Part shown: one piece after another, positions 28,511-37,370 of the stretch
Position numbering within the stretch: position 1 is the first letter of the stretch
Layout: every line of letters starts with the position of its first letter
Assembly: GCA_964225175.1 (NCBI GenBank)
Contig: CAXQNK010000105.1
Coordinates: forward strand, 15,120-79,119
Direction: 5' to 3'
Source: Nitrosopumilus sp.
GTDB lineage: Bacteria; Pseudomonadota; Gammaproteobacteria; Xanthomonadales; SZUA-36
DNA length: 64,000 nt
Translations under genes and position numbers: made by a program
Notes under the pieces: model-generated
The model's database searches: none
The model's input: only the letters and a program-made list of their open reading frames with translations
Told to the model about the DNA's origin: nothing

Positions 28511-28625
28511 GGATAGGAAGTATAAACCACCTTTTTTGGAATTCAGCCCGATATCAGTGGCCTCGGACCTGCGATATTGCATAACCTAACAAGAGCTGAT
28601 CCGCCGGGCTCGCTGGCGCCAGTTC
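28511..28625 (-). repeat. conserved upstream element, copy A (long form)
   Basis: Minus strand: GAACTGGCGCCAGCGAGCCCGGCGGATCAGCTCTTGTTAGGTTATGCAATATCGCAGGTCCGAGGCCACTGATATCGGGCTGAATTccaaaaaAGGTGGTTTATACTTCCTATCC. It lies between the groEL terminator and the sulfatase-like gene. Confidence 0.8.
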
Positions 28626-28704
28626 ATCACGTTCATGCTTCGGCAGTTGCACGGGTTTGTCTGCAGCATACTGGCGCGGTTGCCTGTCGGTAATGCGCAG
28701 GGGC

Positions 28705-28740
28705 AAAAAGAAAACCCCGCCGAAGCGGGGTTTCTTTTCT
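28705..28740 (-). terminator. rho-independent terminator of groESL
   Basis: Minus strand: CCCCGC-ttcg-GCGGGG followed by TTTTCTTTTT, about 120 nt after the groEL stop. Confidence 0.8.
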
Positions 28741-28858
28741 CTCACCGGGTGGAATCTGGTGAGAACAAATGGTTCGTGGGAAGGCGCTGGAGCCCTGGGT
28801 AATGACCGTCGAAGCAGGTGAACGGCAACGCCCCCACGGGGCATTTGGGCCAGCAGAT

Positions 28859-30523
<1,665 letters not shown>

Positions 30524-30538
30524 TCAGCGGGAGCCTGA

Positions 30539-30829
30539 TCAGGATTCGATCACGGCCATGATGTCTTCTTCACGCATGACGAGCAGTTCCTCGCCATCCA
30601 CTTTGACTTCGGTGCCGGAATATTTTCCGAAAAGCACCGTGTCGCCGACCTGGACATCAAGGGCACGTTTGTCCCCGTTTTCCAGGATCTTGCCGTTCCC
30701 TGCAGCGAGCACCTCGCCGCGGACGGGTTTCTCAGTGGCCGAGTCGGGAATAACGATCCCGCCGGCGGACATGCGCTCTTCTTCCATGCGCTTAACAATC
30801 ACACGGTCGTGTAAAGGACGAAGTTTCAT
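30539..30829 (-). CDS. groS: co-chaperonin GroES
   Basis: Trimmed to [18 protein letters not shown]... (96 aa), directly upstream of groEL. Confidence 0.97.
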   Translation of the reverse strand: MKLRPLHDRVIVKRMEEERMSAGGIVIPDSATEKPVRGEVLAAGNGKILENGDKRALDVQVGDTVLFGKYSGTEVKVDGEELLVMREEDIMAVIES

Positions 30830-30954
30830 TGGAAGTTCTCCCAAAATCTGTTCCAAACTAAAATAAATTAAATGTCACCGACACAATTCTTGGACTGTGT
30901 CGTGTGCATGCCTTCCTCAGGCCCAACTCTCGTTGAATCTGAGGCCTGCGCACG

Positions 30955-30983
30955 ATATGGAGCCCTGCCTGGGTCATTTCAAG
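30955..30983 (-). promoter_or_regulatory. sigma-32 (heat-shock) promoter of groESL
   Basis: Minus strand: CTTGAAA-14 nt-CTCCATAT (consensus CTTGAAA / CCCCATNT), about 125 nt upstream of the groES ATG. Confidence 0.7.
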
Positions 30984-31056
30984 TGCCTGGAGCCGGAATT
31001 TCGCAGCGTTCCGGAGCATGAGCTTTTGCTTTGCAACCCGGCCGGGACACAAGTTT

Positions 31057-31410
31057 CTAGCCCGAGCCTTCCGCCTCGCTTGCACAGCCGATACACAGCA
31101 AGGCTACCGGATCCGCCTCGAGGCGCAACGGATTGATGGGATTTCCGCAGGCATCGCACTCGCCGTAGCGGCCGTGTTCGATGCGCTCGAGCGCGAAGGC
31201 CACCCCTTTCAGCAAGCTGCGCCGGCGCTCACCCGTGGCCCTTGATAATGCCTGACCCTGTAGTGCATCCATGCGCGAGAGCCGCCCGACTCGGGCCTGG
31301 TCAAGCTCAACAGGTCGTTCTGTTTCCCGGCCGGTTTCGTCCGCAATACGCAGCGCCGCCTGGAGTTCCAGCAGCTGTGTTTTCAATTGTTGCAAGGTTT
31401 CTGAATCCAT
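31057..31410 (-). CDS. TraR/DksA family C4 zinc-finger protein
   Basis: 117 aa with a coiled-coil N-terminus, then YGECDACGNPINPLRLEADPVALLCIGC. Confidence 0.8.
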   Translation of the reverse strand: MDSETLQQLKTQLLELQAALRIADETGRETERPVELDQARVGRLSRMDALQGQALSRATGERRRSLLKGVAFALERIEHGRYGECDACGNPINPLRLEADPVALLCIGCASEAEGSG

Positions 31411-31440
31411 GAGGCTCGCGTGACCCTTAATGCGCTTCAG

Positions 31441-31932
31441 CTAGGCACCCAGTATGAACTGGAAAAGGAAGATTCCGACCATGAAAAACGCTATGCCCAG
31501 TTTCGCCGCAGTCCCGACGATGACTCCGAGCCAGGCGCCATAGCCTGCACGTCCCGCATCATCCAGTGTTCTTCCGGTGCTCAGCTCAGCAATGACAGCG
31601 CCAAGAAACGGGCCCAGAATGATCCCTGGTAGCCCGAAAAACATTCCAACGATGGCGCCCACCGTCGCGCCCCAAAACGCCTTCTGGCTTGCGCCGAGGC
31701 GCTTTGCGCCGAGGGCGGCGGCAAGAAAATCGACTAACCAGGCCAGGGCGGTTAAGCCGCCAAGAATTGCAATGGTTGCGCCGCCTACCAGCTGAAAACC
31801 TTCCGCCCAGGCAGCGAGCAGCAATCCGCCAAAAATCAGCGGGATTCCGGGCAGCGCGGGAATAACCGTCCCTACAAGCCCACCGAGCACAATCAGTGCA
31901 GACAGTATCCACCAGAGTATTTGCCAGTCCAT
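31441..31932 (-). CDS. DUF456 family membrane protein
   Basis: Trimmed to MDWQILWWILSALIVLGGLVGTVIPALPG. It is glycine-rich with four TM segments, typical of DUF456. Confidence 0.7.
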   Translation of the reverse strand: MDWQILWWILSALIVLGGLVGTVIPALPGIPLIFGGLLLAAWAEGFQLVGGATIAILGGLTALAWLVDFLAAALGAKRLGASQKAFWGATVGAIVGMFFGLPGIILGPFLGAVIAELSTGRTLDDAGRAGYGAWLGVIVGTAAKLGIAFFMVGIFLFQFILGA

Positions 31933-32123
31933 ATTCAGATGGAATGGGGCCCACCCCGGAGCGAAACAAGTCTGCCACTGGTTCGGGATCGGTATTGCAT
32001 GTTCTTCCAGGCGGGCGGGGCGGGCTTGAGCCAAACAGTGGTTTTACGGGCCTGGCTCAGGTTTTCGGAGACGGTGTCTTCCTGGTGCGGTATGCTGACC
32101 CAATCAGAAAACGGAGGAGAGCG

Positions 32124-32522
32124 TTGGAATTAAAAGGCCTTACGATCGTCCAGGACAATCGCCCGGGTCTGCTGGCGGAAGTGACCACCCTGCTGGAGTC
32201 AAAGGGCATCAATATAAGCTCAATCGGGGGAGAAACTGTCGAGGCGGTCGCAGCTCTGCATCTCATTGCCACGCCCTATCAGGATTGCCTTAAGGTGCTC
32301 TCTGATGCCGGCTTCAAAGTGTTTACCAACGAACAAATCATTATTCGGCTGAGAGATGAGCCGGGCGCTCTCGCCTCCGTTTCCCGGCAGTTGGCCAACG
32401 ACCAGGTTGACATCAGGAGCATTCATTTTGTGGATCGGGCTGAAGATGTCTGCGTCTTTGCCCTGGTGACGGGAAACGATTTTCGGGCCCGACAGCTTCT
32501 GCGGGAAGTGTTGGTCTCCTGA
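32124..32522 (+). CDS. ACT domain-containing protein (two ACT repeats)
   Basis: TTG start at 32124, preceded by GGAGGAG. Two ACT-like units are present (LTIVQDNRPGLLAEVTTLLESKGINISS and IRLRDEPGALASVSRQLANDQVDIRS). Confidence 0.6.
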   Translation: MELKGLTIVQDNRPGLLAEVTTLLESKGINISSIGGETVEAVAALHLIATPYQDCLKVLSDAGFKVFTNEQIIIRLRDEPGALASVSRQLANDQVDIRSIHFVDRAEDVCVFALVTGNDFRARQLLREVLVS

Positions 32523-32717
32523 GGCGGCAATGCAGTGGCGCTCGAGCGGGCAGTGTTTCGATGCCGGTTACTACTGCCGGGCTGGAATGACGCTCTCGCC
32601 ATACCATCAATGTATATCTGCACTTAATGGGTGAGGAGTATCAGGTGGCGAGGGTGGTTGCACTATTCTAACCCGCGGACCGCTTCAGGAAATCTGCTCA
32701 CTTGAACAGCTCTGAAT

Positions 32718-33140
32718 TCAGCTGTCTCTCCTCCAGTCCCGGCGGCGGTCAGCCTTGACCCGCCCGCGTCTGGTTTTCAGATCGACCCTGCGCATCCTGG
32801 TAGCGCGGCTAGGCTGAGTCTTTCTGCGTTGCGGTCTCCGGACTAGGCCCCTTCGAAGCAATTGCGACAGGCGTTCGAGCGCATCTTCACGATTGCGCTC
32901 CTGGGTTCTAAATCGCCGGGCTTTGATGTGGATGATGCCATCACGAGCAATTCTTGAATCGGCCAGGCGGAGCAGGCGGGCCTTGCAATATTCCGGAAGA
33001 GAGGACCGAGTGATGTCAAACCTTAGGTAAATCGCTGAGGACACCTTGTTCACGTTTTGTCCGCCGGGCCCGCTTGAGCGAACGGCGCGCATTTCGATTT
33101 CGGCCATTGGAACACAGATCTTTGGGCTGATTTGAAGCAA
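32718..33140 (-). CDS. arfB: alternative ribosome-rescue factor ArfB (peptidyl-tRNA hydrolase, YaeJ)
   Basis: GGQ motif (RSSGPGGQNVNKVSSAIYLRFDI) and a basic C-terminal tail. The TTG start at 33140 gives 140 aa with N-terminus (M)LQISPKICVPMAEIEM, as in YaeJ. The longer ORF to 33224 adds an implausible leader. Confidence 0.85.
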   Translation of the reverse strand: MLQISPKICVPMAEIEMRAVRSSGPGGQNVNKVSSAIYLRFDITRSSLPEYCKARLLRLADSRIARDGIIHIKARRFRTQERNREDALERLSQLLRRGLVRRPQRRKTQPSRATRMRRVDLKTRRGRVKADRRRDWRRDS

Positions 33141-33211
33141 CGGGAGCAACAGGCAATGGACCGATAGGCAGTGTACCAGTTGAGGTCCGAAAAGGCGGGG
33201 TAAAAAATATG

Positions 33212-33240
33212 TTGACATGTACAATAGTTGTATAGATAAT
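33212..33240 (+). promoter_or_regulatory. near-consensus sigma-70 promoter (TTGACA-17-GATAAT) with TGTACA/TGTATA in the spacer
   Basis: TTGACA at 33212-17, a 17-nt spacer (TGTACAatagtTGTATA) and GATAAT at 33235-40. It points away from arfB, toward 33241 and onward. Confidence 0.55.
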
Positions 33241-33246
33241 AAGGCA

Positions 33247-33358
33247 CGTTGAGTTCATTTGTGTATATGTTTCTGTTCTAGACACATCCCCCGGGACTCT
33301 GCCTATCTCCCTCAGGCAGACCCATGCTTAACCCCGGCCCCCTGCCGGGGTTTTTTTT
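33247..33358 (+). ncRNA. candidate small RNA or terminated leader transcript (about 110 nt)
   Basis: Bounded by the promoter above and an intrinsic terminator. An internal hairpin CTGCCT-9 nt-AGGCAG lies at 33299-33319. No plausible ORF. No known family recognised. Confidence 0.35.
33331..33358 (+). terminator. rho-independent terminator (plus strand)
   Basis: CCCCGGC-cccct-GCCGGGG followed by eight T. No plus-strand gene ends nearby. Confidence 0.75.
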
Positions 33359-33374
33359 GGAGGCCAAAAAAAGT

Positions 33375-33398
33375 TGTACAAAAAGTTTACTTTGTACA
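33375..33398. promoter_or_regulatory. TGTACA-N12-TGTACA candidate LitR operator overlapping the litR promoter
   Basis: TGTACA at 33375-80 and 33393-98, each extended to TTGTACA. A third TGTACA lies at 33416-21. A candidate promoter TTTACT (33386-91)-17-TATGCT (33409-14) encloses the second site. Confidence 0.5.
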
Positions 33399-33459
33399 GT
33401 TTACCGTTTATGCTATGTACACATTATGAATCGAAAATATGTGAAACAACGTACATTTT

Positions 33460-34383
33460 ATGGCGACCAACCCTGACAGTGAGGCGGGTACTTTCTTCCC
33501 CATCAGGACAGTCTCGGACCTGACGGGCGTTAACCCGATTACACTGCGTGCCTGGGAGCGGCGGTACGGCCTGCTGAGGCCGATCCGAAAAGAAAGTGGG
33601 CACCGTCTCTACACGCAGGAACACATCGATCTTGTCAACCAGGTCGTGGGCCTGCTTGACCGGGGCATGCGCATCGGCCAGGTCAAGGCGCACCTTGACG
33701 CCCGGGATGAGGCCAACGCAAGTCAGGGCGAAGGTGACATTTGGCGCCGCTACCGAGACAAAATGGTGGCGGCAGTCATCTGTTTCGATGAGGGCAGCCT
33801 CGAAGAAACGTACGGTGAGGCCTTATCGCTCTATCCGGTTTCCACGGTCACAGAGCGATTGGTTACCCCCCTGCTGAAGGAACTGGGTCGGCGGTGGGTC
33901 GAAGGCGAGGGGAGTGTCGCCGAAGAGCACTTCTTCGCCTTTTATTTGCGTAACAAGCTGGGCGCGCGTTTCCATCACCGGTTCAGGACTACCCGTGGCA
34001 CACGCCTGCTGATGGCTTGCCTTCCGGGGGACCGGCATGAGACGGGCCTGCTGCTCTTTGCCCTGGCCGCCAACGATGCGGGATTTGATACCACCTTGTT
34101 GGGTGCGGACATGCCGCTGGAAGAGTTGCCGGCCGCCGTCAAAAAAACAGCGAGTCGGGCCGTGATTCTCTCAGGAACGCTGCAGCCGACCGCTGAAGTG
34201 CTCGAGCGAGAGCTGCCTGCCTTGGTGCGCAACCTGGCTGTGCCGCTATACATCGGCGGGCAGGCTTCCACCCGGGCTGCCGATGCAATTCGCCGGGCCG
34301 GCGCCGAGGTGTTGGGTATCGATATTCAACAGGGCATCAGCCGGTTGATCGATAAGACCGCTCCGCTCGGGGCCGTTGTCTAA
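33460..34383 (+). CDS. litR: MerR-family, adenosylcobalamin-binding light-responsive regulator (LitR/CarH type)
   Basis: N-terminal MerR HTH (FPIRTVSDLTGVNPITLRAWERRYGLLRP). The C-terminal B12-binding domain has W-x9-EH (RRWVEGEGSVAEEHF) and the D-x-H-x-x-G loop (PGDRHETG), then ...VILSG... and ...YIGGQ. Confidence 0.85.
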   Translation: MATNPDSEAGTFFPIRTVSDLTGVNPITLRAWERRYGLLRPIRKESGHRLYTQEHIDLVNQVVGLLDRGMRIGQVKAHLDARDEANASQGEGDIWRRYRDKMVAAVICFDEGSLEETYGEALSLYPVSTVTERLVTPLLKELGRRWVEGEGSVAEEHFFAFYLRNKLGARFHHRFRTTRGTRLLMACLPGDRHETGLLLFALAANDAGFDTTLLGADMPLEELPAAVKKTASRAVILSGTLQPTAEVLERELPALVRNLAVPLYIGGQASTRAADAIRRAGAEVLGIDIQQGISRLIDKTAPLGAVV

Positions 34384-34394
34384 GGACCTCCAAG

Positions 34395-35495
34395 ATGGCG
34401 CGAGTATTTCCCTCTGCAGATTCCCTGACTCCGCGCAACTCGGGCCCGATCGGCTGGGCCGAACTTGGCCTCGTGCCAGACTCGGTCATCAGGGCTGCCA
34501 TTCGCCGCCTCAACAGGCAGCGACTGGTGGAAATAAGCGCTGCAAACGTCGAGGCCAGTTCATCGCAACTCAACGCGTTTGTGGACCACATGCGCGCAGC
34601 GCCGGTCGCTCTCGTACCCGACTTGGCCAACGAACAACACTACGAAGTGCCGGCATCGTTTTTCGGTCATGTCATGGGCTTGCATCGAAAATACAGCTGT
34701 TGTTTCTGGCCTGACAAGGACAGTTCGCTTGATGGCGCTGAGTCAGCCGCCCTGGCCATCACCAGCGAACGGGCCGGTCTGGAGGATGGACAAAACATTC
34801 TCGAGCTTGGCTGTGGGTGGGGCTCGCTCACATTGTGGGTTGCAGAGCATTATCCGAACAGTCGAATTCTTGGGGTTTCCAATTCGAGCAGCCAGCGGGA
34901 GTACATCACGGAACAGGCACGCCAACGCGGGCTGAACAACGTTGAGATTATGACCTGCGATATGAACCAGTTCGATGCCGGGCGTCAATTCGACAGGGTT
35001 GTATCCATCGAAATGTTTGAACATATGAGGAACTACGAGGAGATGTTCAAACGAGTGGCCGGCTGGCTCAATGACCGCGGGCGTTTTTTTATGCACGTAT
35101 TCTGCCATCGAAGTACGGCCTATCCGTTCGAGGACAATGGTCCATCTGACTGGATGAGCCGTCACTTTTTCTCCGGCGGAATGATGCCCTCCGCTGACCT
35201 GCCGCTGAGATTCCAGCGTCATCTGAAGCTGGAACGCCAATGGCTTTGGAACGGCTGTCATTACGAGAAAACGGCAAATGCCTGGCTGCGAAACATGGAT
35301 CAGCACCGCGGTGACATCATGCCCATTCTGGAAAACACTTACGGTTCGTCAGACGCTGCCATGTGGTTTCAGCGCTGGCGTATTTTTTTCATGGCGTGCG
35401 CGGAGCTTTTTGGGCATGACGAGGGCCGCGAGTGGTTCGTGAGCCATTACCGGTTTAAGCCCCACACCGGCACTTCGGGGAGCGACAAGCGATGA
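34395..35495 (+). CDS. cyclopropane-fatty-acyl-phospholipid synthase-like SAM-dependent methyltransferase (paralogue 1)
   Basis: 366 aa. Contains HYEVPASFFGHVMG, the SAM motif ILELGCGWGSLTLWVA, and SIEMFEHM. Confidence 0.85.
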   Translation: MARVFPSADSLTPRNSGPIGWAELGLVPDSVIRAAIRRLNRQRLVEISAANVEASSSQLNAFVDHMRAAPVALVPDLANEQHYEVPASFFGHVMGLHRKYSCCFWPDKDSSLDGAESAALAITSERAGLEDGQNILELGCGWGSLTLWVAEHYPNSRILGVSNSSSQREYITEQARQRGLNNVEIMTCDMNQFDAGRQFDRVVSIEMFEHMRNYEEMFKRVAGWLNDRGRFFMHVFCHRSTAYPFEDNGPSDWMSRHFFSGGMMPSADLPLRFQRHLKLERQWLWNGCHYEKTANAWLRNMDQHRGDIMPILENTYGSSDAAMWFQRWRIFFMACAELFGHDEGREWFVSHYRFKPHTGTSGSDKR

Positions 35496-36055
35496 CTCGA
35501 GTATTAATCAATTTTATTTGTTTCCAGCTCGGCTGGTTTGCATGCGTCATCAGCGCGGCCGAGGGCGTTCCAGTTGTCGGGTTGGCCATGGCTGCCGCCG
35601 CCGTTGGTTTGCACCTGTTTCTTGCCCGCGACGCCCAGGCGGAGGGGTTGCTGGTTGTGTTTGCCGTGATCATAGGCCTGGGCTACGACAGTCTGCTGGT
35701 GGCTTCCGGCTGGATTCGTTACCCGAGCGGTATGGTCATTCCCGGCCTGGCACCCTACTGGATTCTTGCCATCTGGGCGCTTTTCGCAACCACGCTAAAC
35801 CTGTCCATGGCCTGGCTGCGCGATCGTTTGTGGCTTGCAGCGGCCTTGGGGGCCTTGTTTGGACCCCTGAGTTATCTCGGCGGCGGGCGTCTTGGAGGGC
35901 TGGAATTTCTGCAGTCCACGGCCGCATTGACAGCGCTCTCTGCGGGTTGGGCTGTACTGATGCCCCTGATGCTGATGCTTTCGGTGCGCTTTGACGGAAC
36001 TGCGAGAGTTGCGGAAATGGAATTGGTGTCTTCCGCCCAGAGGCAGGAGTCGTGA
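35492..36055 (+). CDS. DUF2878 family membrane protein
   Basis: 187 aa and polytopic. It overlaps both neighbours by 4 nt and has the usual genomic association with cfa/DUF1365 clusters. Confidence 0.6.
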   Translation: MTRVLINFICFQLGWFACVISAAEGVPVVGLAMAAAAVGLHLFLARDAQAEGLLVVFAVIIGLGYDSLLVASGWIRYPSGMVIPGLAPYWILAIWALFATTLNLSMAWLRDRLWLAAALGALFGPLSYLGGGRLGGLEFLQSTAALTALSAGWAVLMPLMLMLSVRFDGTARVAEMELVSSAQRQES

Positions 36056-36843
36056 TTGACTGGTCCTCAGCCTTGGGGGCAGGGGGAGCGCTTCTCCTGT
36101 TTGCCTTCCTGTTTTGGGGTGTGAGCCTGGTACGCAATGACGTCAGTATAGTGGACTCATTGTGGTCCCTCATGTTCCTGCTGTCTGCTGGCGCGTATGC
36201 GCTACTTATTGAGCAACCGGGCCCGCGAACAGGCTGGTTGATTATCCTGGTGGCGGTGTGGGCGTTTCGATTGTCGATCTACATTACGTGGCGTAATCAC
36301 GGCGAACCCGAAGATTATCGCTACCAGGCCATCAGGCGCCGAAACCAGCCTGGTTTCAGATTCAAAAGCCTGTACCTCGTCTTTGTGCTGCAGGCGGCAC
36401 TGGCCTGGTTGATCAGCCTGCCCCTGATGGCTGCCATCAGCGGTCAATCCACGCCCGGGTTGCTCGATTACATCGGTATCGCATTGTGGACGGTCGGCGT
36501 TCTTTTCGAGGCCATTGGCGACTGGCAACTGTCCCGTTTCCGGCGCAACCCGGACAACCGCGGCAAGGTGATGGACACGGGGTTGTGGCGATACACGCGG
36601 CATCCGAACTATTTTGGGAACTTTACCCTGTGGTGGGGGTTTTACTTCATCGCCTGCTCCGCAGGCGGAGTCTTGACCGTCCTCTCGCCCATCTTGATGT
36701 CCGTCCTGCTCCTGCGCGTGTCGGGTGTCGCGCTGCTTGAAAAGAGCATCGGCGAGCGGCGTCCGGCATACGCTGACTACATCAGGTCTACAAATGCGTT
36801 TTTTCCCGGGCCGCGCAAGCGCTATGAGGTATCGGGGTCATGA
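36052..36843 (+). CDS. DUF1295 (steroid 5-alpha-reductase/ICMT-like) membrane protein
   Basis: 263 aa with the motif GLWRYTRHPNYFGNFTLWWGFY. Confidence 0.7.
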   Translation: MIDWSSALGAGGALLLFAFLFWGVSLVRNDVSIVDSLWSLMFLLSAGAYALLIEQPGPRTGWLIILVAVWAFRLSIYITWRNHGEPEDYRYQAIRRRNQPGFRFKSLYLVFVLQAALAWLISLPLMAAISGQSTPGLLDYIGIALWTVGVLFEAIGDWQLSRFRRNPDNRGKVMDTGLWRYTRHPNYFGNFTLWWGFYFIACSAGGVLTVLSPILMSVLLLRVSGVALLEKSIGERRPAYADYIRSTNAFFPGPRKRYEVSGS

Positions 36844-37370
36844 ACGTTAGGGTCCATCGCTCGCTCATGGCACTGGTCGCCTGGTCGCTGGGCGCCATCG
36901 GCTGCAGTTCAGTGCAGCCGCTTGAGCCGGTCTCAAGCGTCGATCTCGAACGATTCATGGGTGACTGGTATGTCATTGCAAACATTCCCACGTTGTTGGA
37001 GAAAGGCGCGCACAACGCCATCGAGTCCTACCAGCTCAATGCCGACGGCTCAATCGCCACTACATTTACTTATCGGGCCGGTGGTTTTGATGGCCCTGAA
37101 AAAACGTACCATCCGCGTGGTTTCGTGAGCAGCGAATCCAATGCGGTTTGGGGCATGCGCTTTGTTTGGCCCATCAAGGCGGATTATCGTATTGTGTATC
37201 TCGATGCGGACTACAGCGTCACAATTATCGGTCGAAACAAAAGAGACTTTGTGTGGTTAATGGCCCGGACTCCAAGCATTCCTGATGCCGAATACCAGCG
37301 CTTGGTGGCCTTGATTGTAGATATGGGATACGACGGCCAAAAGCTTAACAAGGTGCCCCAGGAATGGTAA
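36840..37370 (+). CDS. blc: bacterial lipocalin (Blc-like outer-membrane lipoprotein)
   Basis: Lipobox LGAIGC followed by the lipocalin signature VDLERFMGDWYVIANIP. Confidence 0.8.
   Translation: MNVRVHRSLMALVAWSLGAIGCSSVQPLEPVSSVDLERFMGDWYVIANIPTLLEKGAHNAIESYQLNADGSIATTFTYRAGGFDGPEKTYHPRGFVSSESNAVWGMRFVWPIKADYRIVYLDADYSVTIIGRNKRDFVWLMARTPSIPDAEYQRLVALIVDMGYDGQKLNKVPQEW

Noticed and set aside
28555-28561. GCCACTG (on the gene strand) inside copies A and C resembles the B12-box core of cobalamin riboswitches. This was tempting given the B12 photoreceptor elsewhere in the window.
   Set aside because: The other obligatory cobalamin-riboswitch blocks (AGGGAA, GGTG..AA.TCC, and so on) are missing. 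Copy B replaces the heptamer with GCCGCGG.
24783-28625. The repeat copies read as integron attC sites (cassette array)
   Set aside because: Copy A contains GTTAGGT (GTTRRRY), but in the centre of the palindrome rather than at its ends. Copy B has GTTACCT, which violates the core. There is no RYYYAAC/GTTRRRY pair at the ends, no integrase or attI in the window, and copy A follows groEL, which is not a cassette.
33016-33285. Track ORFs on the minus strand spanning the arfB upstream region, and the arfB extension to 33224
   Set aside because: Their composition is implausible. The ArfB alignment begins at the TTG at 33140. The region is better explained by divergent promoters.
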